Assembly: GCA_041738655.1 (NCBI GenBank)
Contig: JBGSPJ010000169.1
Coordinates: 1-55,869, forward strand
DNA: 55,869 nucleotides
DNA from: Rhodothermales bacterium
Lineage (GTDB): Bacteria > Bacteroidota > Rhodothermia > Rhodothermales > JAHQVL01
Reading direction: 5' to 3'
Translations under genes and position numbers: made by a program
In this document: one piece after another, positions 29,477-36,213 of the stretch
Layout of the letters: each line of letters opens with the position of its first letter
Position numbering within the stretch: position 1 is the stretch's first letter
Notes under the pieces: generated by a model
What the model was told of the DNA's origin: nothing
Databases searched by the model: none
What the model saw: the letters and a program-made list of their open reading frames with translations, nothing else

Positions 29477-31903
29477 ATGTGGGAAACCCTGTCCCTTATG
29501 TTCATGCGTCGAACCTTTCTTTCCAACCACCGTGCAGCCGGCCTGGTCGAGGAGGATCTCTCCCCTTTTCACGCACGCCTGGCAGCCATTGGGGATCGAC
29601 TCGAGCCGCTGTCACGCGAGTCGTATGCCCGGCTCGAACAGCTGGCGGAGGGACTCAGCGTGCGAGCAAGGAACGGTGAACCCGCGGAATCGCTCCTGAT
29701 CGAAACGTTTGCACTCGTTCGCGAGGTGGCACACCGATGCCTGAGCCTGATGCCTTTCGACGAGCAAGTCCTCGCCGGAATCGCACTCCACGACGGTAAA
29801 CTCGTCGAAATGCAGACCGGCGAGGGAAAGACGCTGGCTGCCGTACTGCCGGCGACTCTCCTTGCCCTCGGCGGAAAGTGCCCTCATATCCTCACATTTA
29901 ACGATTACCTTGCCCGACGCGATGAACGCTGGATGCGTCCGGTTTTTCACTTCTTCGGGTTACGATCCGGCGCCATTCAACAGGGCTTGTCTCTCGATGA
30001 TCGCCGTTCGATTTATCGTGGAGATCTCGTGTATGCGACGGCGAAGGAAGTGGGATACGATGTCCTTCGCGCTCAGCTGGTTCGCGCACTTTCCGAACAA
30101 GCGCTCCAACCTCTATCCTTTGCCATCATCGACGAGGCGGACTCTATCCTTATCGATGAAGCACGCGTTCCGCTTGTCATAGCCGGACAACGTGCCGCTG
30201 CGGCAAGCCCGCACCAACTGGCGGCCCTATCGCGGCAACTGGCTCCGGGCCTACATTGGGAAACGGACGACCAGGGTCGAAACGTGCTTCTGACAGAAGC
30301 TGGAATGGATTGGATTGAAAACACCCTTCATTGCGGAGATCTTCATGCAGACGAAAACTACGCGCTGCTGACGGAAATCAATCTGGCCCTCCACGCGCAT
30401 GTCCTCCTAAAGCGCGATGTCGATTATATCGTTCGGGAAGGCAAGATCGAGCTGGTGGACGCCTTTACCGGTCGCGTCGTCGATGACCGCCGTTGGCCCG
30501 ATGGCCTGCAGGCCGCGCTGGAAGCAAAGGAAGAGCTACAAATACAGCCTGGAGGGCAAATTCTGGGTTCGATGACGCTGCAGCATGTCCTTGGGCTTTA
30601 CCCTCGCCTTGCCGGCATGACGGCCACAGCCCGGCCCGCCGCGGCTGAACTGGCACGCGTCTACGGCCTTCGCGTCGTTCCCATTCCTCCCCATCGACCC
30701 TGTCAGCGCATCGATCTACCGGATCTCATCTATACGACCCGAGCGGCCAAGCAACGCGCGCTCATCCAAGATATCGCCGCCAACCACGAACGGGATCGAC
30801 CTGTGCTCGTCGGCACGGCCAGTGTGGCCGAGTCGGAAGCGTTGGCCAATTTATTGCGCGATGCCGGCCTCGCCTGCCGCGTGCTAAATGCCCGAAACGA
30901 CGAAGAGGAGGCTGAGATTATCTCAAACGCCGGCATACCCGGCGCCATCACGATCTCAACGAACATGGCAGGACGTGGGACGGATATCCGGCCAGGCGGA
31001 GCAGATGAGCGGGAACGAGCACGTGTTATCGCCGCCGGAGGGCTGTATGTGATCGGCACGGGAAGGCACGAAAGCCGGCGCATTGACGACCAGTTGCGCG
31101 GGCGAACAGGGCGCCAGGGGGACCCGGGCACGTCTCGATTTTTTGTCAGCCTGGAGGATGAACTCATGGTCCGCTACGGCATCCAGGAGTTGATCCCTCC
31201 AAAGTGGCTTCCTGTCGATGACGACCCTGTACGTTTGCCCATGGTGCATCGCGAAGTCGATCGGCTCCAACGCATCGTTGAAGGGCAGAATCAAGAAATC
31301 CGACACACGTTATGGCGATATGCCGCTCTGGTCGAACAACAAAGAAAGGACATCCACGCCTGGCGACAGATGATCCTTTCGGGCGAAGTAGAGTTATCCG
31401 TTGGCCAGATGCGGCACCCCGATCACTTCGAAGAACTTTCGGCCCTTGCCGGCGAACGTGCGGTGCGCGAGGTGGAACGAGTGATCACCCTGCACCACAT
31501 TGACACCTGTTGGGCCGAACACCTCGACCTCGTAACTCAGTTGCGCGAAGGCATTCATCTGGTTGGGCTTGGTGGGCTCGACCCCCTCCACGAGTTCCAG
31601 AAGCAAATCGCCGCCGCGTATCGCGAGTTGCCCACGCGTATTGAAGATCGCATTGCCCACTCGATGGCGACCCTGGAATTCACAGAGCACGGCTTCGACC
31701 TCCAAAAAGCCTGTATCGACGCGCCTTCAGCCACCTGGACATACCTCGTCAACGACCGCGTGCTTTCCGAGCTTCAGCAGATGCTTTTTGGACAGGGTAG
31801 CTCGGCGTTTGCGGCTGGTGCTGTCCTGATGACCTGGCCTATCCTGCTCCTCTGGGGCGTGTTTCGCTGGGTGAAGCGGTGGCGAGCACTACCTGGCCTC
31901 TAA
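29477..31903 (+). CDS. SecA-family translocase ATPase paralogue with hydrophobic C-terminal tail
   Basis: SecA motor motifs occur in order: VEMQTGEGKTLAA, AIIDEADSILIDEARVPLVIAG, LAGMTATA, ISTNMAGRGTDI, GGLYVIGTGRHESRRIDDQLRGRTGRQGDPGTSRFFVSLEDEL. Scaffold helix WRYAALVEQQR. The protein ends with AFAAGAVLMTWPILLLWGVFRWVKRWR. The exact start among M1/M8/M10 is uncertain. Confidence 0.85.
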   Translation: MWETLSLMFMRRTFLSNHRAAGLVEEDLSPFHARLAAIGDRLEPLSRESYARLEQLAEGLSVRARNGEPAESLLIETFALVREVAHRCLSLMPFDEQVLAGIALHDGKLVEMQTGEGKTLAAVLPATLLALGGKCPHILTFNDYLARRDERWMRPVFHFFGLRSGAIQQGLSLDDRRSIYRGDLVYATAKEVGYDVLRAQLVRALSEQALQPLSFAIIDEADSILIDEARVPLVIAGQRAAAASPHQLAALSRQLAPGLHWETDDQGRNVLLTEAGMDWIENTLHCGDLHADENYALLTEINLALHAHVLLKRDVDYIVREGKIELVDAFTGRVVDDRRWPDGLQAALEAKEELQIQPGGQILGSMTLQHVLGLYPRLAGMTATARPAAAELARVYGLRVVPIPPHRPCQRIDLPDLIYTTRAAKQRALIQDIAANHERDRPVLVGTASVAESEALANLLRDAGLACRVLNARNDEEEAEIISNAGIPGAITISTNMAGRGTDIRPGGADERERARVIAAGGLYVIGTGRHESRRIDDQLRGRTGRQGDPGTSRFFVSLEDELMVRYGIQELIPPKWLPVDDDPVRLPMVHREVDRLQRIVEGQNQEIRHTLWRYAALVEQQRKDIHAWRQMILSGEVELSVGQMRHPDHFEELSALAGERAVREVERVITLHHIDTCWAEHLDLVTQLREGIHLVGLGGLDPLHEFQKQIAAAYRELPTRIEDRIAHSMATLEFTEHGFDLQKACIDAPSATWTYLVNDRVLSELQQMLFGQGSSAFAAGAVLMTWPILLLWGVFRWVKRWRALPGL

Positions 31904-31969
31904 TCCCATTGGACCAGCAGCCAACACGCGGCGTATCTTATAGTCACGCACACGCGACTGGAATCGACT

Positions 31970-32440
31970 ATGGAACGTCATATCACCGGTTTCCACCAGG
32001 ACGACGAGGGCGACTGGGTCGCCGAGCTCGATTGCGGCCATCATCAGCATGTCCGCCATAAACCGCCGTTTTTTGAACGCCCCTGGGCGGTCACCTCGGA
32101 GGGACGAGCCTCGATGATGGGCAAGCCTCTGTCCTGTGCGCTGTGCGACCGGATGGAGCTTCCCGAACATTTTGTCCTCCATCGCCACTCCCCGCTCTTC
32201 GACCAGGACACGGTACCGCCGGCGCTGCTCAAGGCGCACCAGCTCAAAGCCGGCGTATGGGCGCGTATCCATGTGATGGAGGGCTCGTTGAGGTACCACC
32301 TCGATACGCCATCACCCCGGACTTTCCTGGTCGACGCCGAGCACCCGGGCATTGTCGTTCCGGAAGTGCCGCACCACGTCGAGCCTGTAGGCAACGTCCA
32401 GTTCTATCTCGCCATCTACTCCAGGGTGAATACGGATTGA
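31970..32440 (+). CDS. DUF3565 + DUF1971 (TehB N-terminal-like) fusion protein
   Basis: ITGFHQDDEGDWVAELDCGHHQHVRHKPPFFERPWV fits the DUF3565 pattern. LPEHFVLHRHSPLFDQDTVPPALLKAHQLKAGVWARIHVMEGSLRYH fits DUF1971. Confidence 0.6.
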   Translation: MERHITGFHQDDEGDWVAELDCGHHQHVRHKPPFFERPWAVTSEGRASMMGKPLSCALCDRMELPEHFVLHRHSPLFDQDTVPPALLKAHQLKAGVWARIHVMEGSLRYHLDTPSPRTFLVDAEHPGIVVPEVPHHVEPVGNVQFYLAIYSRVNTD

Positions 32441-32441
32441 C

Positions 32442-33446
32442 TCACGGCGCCGCGTTGTCCAGGTCGTTGACATAGAGGAGGTGGACGTTGTCCCGGAAGT
32501 CGGCCGCGGCCGGCCGGCGCAGGAGCATTCGCAACGTCCGTTCGAAGTTGACGATCTCGCGCTGCTCCAACTCCTGAATCTCCTCGTCCGTCGCATTTTC
32601 AGGCACGGCCAGCATGATGGCCTCCCGCGCGGCCCGTAACGTCGTCGGATAATCGTATAACGCCACCCGACCATCCCTCAACGTGGAGTCCACAAAAAAC
32701 GGGAAGGTGCGAGACTTCGACTCCCCCTCGAGTTCCACGCGCGTCAACCGGTTCTGACGGACAAACCGGGCGAACCCTTCGTGCGAGGCATCGGAGCCTT
32801 CGTTTGGCAGCACGATGTTAAAATCAAAAATGTCCTGGGTCAGGTCCACCACCTGGTCTTCGATCCGGAAGTCTTTCATCCCATACAACTTCCGACAGAC
32901 CTGCAGCACGAAATTATTGAAGTAGCCGATGGCGAGTGATGTCGATGGAAGTAATGTGATCTCCAGGGTCTTTGCGGCACGTTCGATCGCCTGGACCAGT
33001 TGTGTGGCTACCCGGCTCAGCGATTCCTCGTACGACAGGCCCCGCTCGAGGGTCGCCCGCAGCTGGGTGATCCCGTTGAGATCCGATGGGAGCATCACCT
33101 CGCGCGGTTCGTCGCCGCGATTATCGGTGATGACAAGCATCAGGCTTTTTTTCCGCCCGAGTGCCCCCATGAACAGACCCAACTCGAACAGGATATTGGT
33201 TCGCGCCGAGTAGCCGACCTGCTGGCGTAGTTCGATCACGTCATCGGGGGTCGCGACCATCAGCGCGAAGTCCGACCGAAGCACCTCGCGTCGCAGCCCA
33301 TCCAGCGGATGGTCGCCGGGGAAAAAGGCATCCTCCCACACCTTCACATCGAGTCGATCCGCAACGAGTTGACCGATGGCGCGAGCGACGGGGAGGCCCT
33401 CGGTGGAGGATCCGATGAACAGGTTGGGGTTTTTGTCGATCGCCAT
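32442..33446 (-). CDS. TIR-STING fusion protein (CBASS-type cyclic-dinucleotide-activated NADase effector)
   Basis: N-terminal half: NLFIGSSTEGLPVARAIGQLV, DFALMVATPDDV and ARTNILFELGLFMGALGRKK match the TIR-like fold of the CAP12/PCTIR type, with the conserved Glu in FELGLF. C-terminal half: LLPSTSLAIGYFNNFVLQV, RTFPFFVDS, ALYDYPTTLRAAREAI and LEQREIVNFERTLRMLL are motifs I recognise from bacterial STING. From memory, Sphingobacterium faecium TIR-STING has LLPSTALAIGYYNSF and LDIPSTLSTIVESL. The same motifs are alignable to human STING GLAWSYYIGYL and YEYATPLQTL. Confidence 0.8.
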   Translation of the reverse strand: MAIDKNPNLFIGSSTEGLPVARAIGQLVADRLDVKVWEDAFFPGDHPLDGLRREVLRSDFALMVATPDDVIELRQQVGYSARTNILFELGLFMGALGRKKSLMLVITDNRGDEPREVMLPSDLNGITQLRATLERGLSYEESLSRVATQLVQAIERAAKTLEITLLPSTSLAIGYFNNFVLQVCRKLYGMKDFRIEDQVVDLTQDIFDFNIVLPNEGSDASHEGFARFVRQNRLTRVELEGESKSRTFPFFVDSTLRDGRVALYDYPTTLRAAREAIMLAVPENATDEEIQELEQREIVNFERTLRMLLRRPAAADFRDNVHLLYVNDLDNAAP

Positions 33447-33451
33447 ACGAG

Positions 33452-34606
33452 TTACTCCTTCAGGTCTATCAGGTGCAGGAACACCAGGTCGTTGTAGCTT
33501 CTCAGGTCGCCGGCGTCGTACGATGCAATCGTGGGGAGGATGGGCTGCATCAGTTGCGTACTGATATGGCCCGGGACACTTTGTGGGTGATCGTAGCTGA
33601 ACCGGTTGAACAGGCTCCTGACGAACACACTGTTCTCATCGACCGGCAGGGTGCGGACATTTTCAAGATAGGCGGGAAAGAGGCCATCCGATACGAGGTA
33701 GAACTCGACATTCGAGGTATAAAACACCCGAATGGTTTCATTTTGCTCGCGAAGGTATTCTCCAATCTCCCGCAGGGCATGCGGCCCTGCGAAATTACCG
33801 ACCACCGGCACGATCCGATCCTGCCGCTGCATGTCCCGGAGGTAGGCATAATCCTCGGCGCTGGCGAGGTAGTGCCCCGGCCGGCCCTCGAGGTCCTGCG
33901 CGAGCATGAGCTGGCGGAGGGTCGGGTAGTAGGCCCGGGGGGATCGGTTGTGGCTGGTGAACCGCAACTGGAGGCCGGCGGAGATAAATTGCCGATGGAA
34001 TCGCTCGATGGTAGCGAGTGAGGCCTCGTCGAGCGGAATACCAAAGGAACGGACAGCGTCCAGCACCCGGCGAACCGCTTCGTCCCCCACGTCTGTTTTT
34101 TGTGGCTGCGCCTCGATAGCGTCGAGGAGCGCGTCCAGTGAGACGGGCAGGTTTTCCGGTACCTCTCGCCCGACAAGAAGCGCTAGATACGACGCCCGAT
34201 CTTCCGACAGTTCGAAGAGCGCTTTGTAGAGGAGATGAAGCAAGAGGTTGTCGCGCCGGATATCCAGGATGATCGCGATGCTCGGACGCTGACGGGCGAT
34301 GTACGAAAAGTTCTGCCCCGGCCCAACGCCCAGATACGCTCCTCCCTCGATGCCTCGCCGGCGCATCGCTCCGAGCACGTGCAGGTAGGAGGTCTCGTTC
34401 GAGATCAGGTTGTCTGTGTCGAAGTACCCGCTCTCCTCGGAGAGCCGGCCTACCAGTTCGGGGAAGTCCACCGACCCGGTCGCGCCCCGTGCTTCAGCGA
34501 CGGCTGACGGCGCCGGCACCTCCTGGCCCCGGCAGGCCTGGGGGATCCCGGCCAGTAGCAAACATACTAGCCAGCTCAACCGCGCGTGCTTCTTCTGGTA
34601 TCTCAT
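33452..34606 (-). CDS. Secreted protein of unknown function with a Rossmann/SAM-methyltransferase-like GxGxG...D signature
   Basis: The track ORF starts at 34654. The ATG at 34606 gives a classical signal peptide, MRYQKKHARLSWLVCLLLAGIPQACRG/QEV. GAYLGVGPGQNFSYIARQRPSIAIILDIRRDN has MTase motif I plus an acidic residue at motif II spacing. I cannot name a characterised family. Confidence 0.7.
   Translation of the reverse strand: MRYQKKHARLSWLVCLLLAGIPQACRGQEVPAPSAVAEARGATGSVDFPELVGRLSEESGYFDTDNLISNETSYLHVLGAMRRRGIEGGAYLGVGPGQNFSYIARQRPSIAIILDIRRDNLLLHLLYKALFELSEDRASYLALLVGREVPENLPVSLDALLDAIEAQPQKTDVGDEAVRRVLDAVRSFGIPLDEASLATIERFHRQFISAGLQLRFTSHNRSPRAYYPTLRQLMLAQDLEGRPGHYLASAEDYAYLRDMQRQDRIVPVVGNFAGPHALREIGEYLREQNETIRVFYTSNVEFYLVSDGLFPAYLENVRTLPVDENSVFVRSLFNRFSYDHPQSVPGHISTQLMQPILPTIASYDAGDLRSYNDLVFLHLIDLKE
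33455..33460 (-). promoter_or_regulatory. Shine-Dalgarno AAGGAG for the TIR-STING gene, embedded in the last codons of the upstream gene
   Basis: Minus strand reads GAC CTG AAG GAG TAA CTCGT ATG. AAGGAG ends 8 nt before the ATG at 33446, and the intergenic gap is only 5 nt. Confidence 0.5.
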
Positions 34607-34654
34607 CCCGTTACTGGTTGAGCCGCCCATCCATGACCCCATCCGGTCGTTCAT

Positions 34655-34904
34655 CGACGCCCTTTTGATGATGAATAACGGCCTATAAAAAAGGAAAGAA
34701 TAGTGGCGGAAATAACTAAATAAGGGAGGCGCCTAAAACTGAGCAAACCGTGTCCTCATACGGCTTCTGATGCTCAAGAGCGTTTTATCAAGCACTGTTT
34801 TTTATAAGTCAAACAAAAACAACATGCTATGCGATACGATTTTCACTCTCTTTGGCGGAATTAACATCAGCCATCCATGTGCTTTAAATACAGTTACTTA
34901 GGCA
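34655..34904. other. AT-rich intergenic region upstream of the 33452..34606 / TIR-STING pair
   Basis: Hand count over 34681-34920 gives 96 G+C of 240 nt (40%), against visibly above 60% in the flanking genes. Contains A/T runs (ctataaaaaagg, ttttttataagtcaaacaaaaac). Confidence 0.8.
34784..34812 (-). promoter_or_regulatory. Candidate sigma-70-like promoter TTGACT-N17-GATAAA reading toward 33452..34606
   Basis: Minus strand reads gtTTGACTtataaaaaacagtgcttGATAAAacg. The match is by eye only and the organism's promoter consensus is unknown. Confidence 0.25.
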
Positions 34905-36179
34905 CTACAACCTACTTGCGATGGCTCGCACGGCTTGGATGAGCCGATCGATCTCGTCGTCGGTCGTGTAACAGGCGCATCCGATACGCACCAGACCCGC
35001 GGGTGCCAGGTGCAATTTATCAATAACGGTCATGGCATAGAAGTCACCGTGGGATGCAAACAGCGCGGAGTCGACGAGGCGGCGCGAGACCTCTTCGGCC
35101 GCGATACCCTGGACGGTGAATACGACGGTAGACGTGCGCGATCCATCCGGCGGCTGTCCGTACAGCCGGACGCCCGAGATCCGCCCGAGCCCATCCCAGA
35201 GCCGGCGCACCTGCTCGATGCCCCGATGGTGTAGTACGTGGAGCGCGTCGGTCAACTGCTCTCGCCGGCCACCGCCGGCCGGAGCCAGGCTGGCCAGGAA
35301 CTCCACCGCCGCCGCAGCGCCGACAATCCCCTCGTGGTTTTGTGTTCCGGTTTCGATTCGGTCCGGCGCCGAGTCGGGCGCTGGCAGCAACTTGGGGACA
35401 TCGAGGCCCTGCAACAGTTCCTGCCGGCCGTACAATACCCCTACATGCGGGCCATAAAACTTATAGGCCGAGCACGCCAGGAAGTCGCAATCAAACGCCT
35501 GTACATCCACCAGTTGGTGCGCCGCGTAGTGGACAGCATCCACGAAAAACAGCGCGCCGGCTGCATGGGCGATATCACCGATGCGCGCGACCGGATTTAC
35601 CGTACCCAGCGCATTCGAAGCCGCGCCCACCGCCACAAGACGCGTGCGGGAACTGACCTTCGCCTCGAGGTCGGCCATGTCCAGCACGCCGGCCTCGGGG
35701 TCCATTCGAACGGACTGTATCGTAACGCCTCGATCGCGCGCCAGGGCTTTCCATGGATCCACGTTGGCGTGATGATCCAGCTCGGTCACTACGATTTCAT
35801 CCCCCGGCCCCCACATGCGGCCCAGAGCGCGCGAGACATGAAAGGTGAGCGAGGTCATGTTGTTGCCAAACACGACCTCGTCGGGGCGGGCATTGAGGAA
35901 ATCGGCCAGCGTCTGCCGCGCCCTGGCAAGCGCGGCATCGGTCTCTAGGCTGGTCGGGTAACACCAGTGGGTATTGGCGTTGTGGTGACACAGGTAGTCG
36001 ACCATCGCGTCGGCCACCTGGCGGGGGACTTGCGTGCCGCCGGGACCATCAAAATAAGCCACCGATTGCCCGGCGTGGCGCCGCTCCAGCGCTGGAAAGT
36101 GGGATCGGATGACCTCTACGGAGGCAACGTCGGTGTGAGATTCGGTCATGTCTTCGGGTTCGTTCGTAGTCTTCATCAA
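34905..36179 (-). CDS. Aminotransferase class V / cysteine desulfurase-like PLP enzyme
   Basis: IRSHFPALERRHAGQSVAYFDGPGGTQVPRQVADAMVDYL; HHANVDPW; DFLACSAYKFYGPHVGVLYG carries the PLP-lysine motif SxYK. Confidence 0.8.
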   Translation of the reverse strand: MMKTTNEPEDMTESHTDVASVEVIRSHFPALERRHAGQSVAYFDGPGGTQVPRQVADAMVDYLCHHNANTHWCYPTSLETDAALARARQTLADFLNARPDEVVFGNNMTSLTFHVSRALGRMWGPGDEIVVTELDHHANVDPWKALARDRGVTIQSVRMDPEAGVLDMADLEAKVSSRTRLVAVGAASNALGTVNPVARIGDIAHAAGALFFVDAVHYAAHQLVDVQAFDCDFLACSAYKFYGPHVGVLYGRQELLQGLDVPKLLPAPDSAPDRIETGTQNHEGIVGAAAAVEFLASLAPAGGGRREQLTDALHVLHHRGIEQVRRLWDGLGRISGVRLYGQPPDGSRTSTVVFTVQGIAAEEVSRRLVDSALFASHGDFYAMTVIDKLHLAPAGLVRIGCACYTTDDEIDRLIQAVRAIASRL

Positions 36180-36213
36180 GAAGATACGAACGGAACGGCT
36201 CTACGGCCGCGAC

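Noticed and set aside
29477-31903. Annotating this simply as the housekeeping secA
   Set aside because: The atypical N-terminus, short length and hydrophobic tail argue for caution. I cannot decide without the rest of the genome, so it is called a SecA-family paralogue.
33452-34654. Idea that the gene upstream of TIR-STING is the expected CD-NTase (CdnE)
   Set aside because: It has no GS...[DE]h[DE]h nucleotidyltransferase signature. It has a classical cleavable signal peptide, and its G-rich loop plus downstream Asp fits a Rossmann/methyltransferase pattern better. The idea is still worth a formal profile search.
32442-34904. STING pair as a discrete mobile element or integrated island
   Set aside because: There is no integrase, transposase or tRNA, and I could see no flanking direct repeats. 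The codon and GC character of the two genes looks host-like. Only the AT-rich leader is anomalous.
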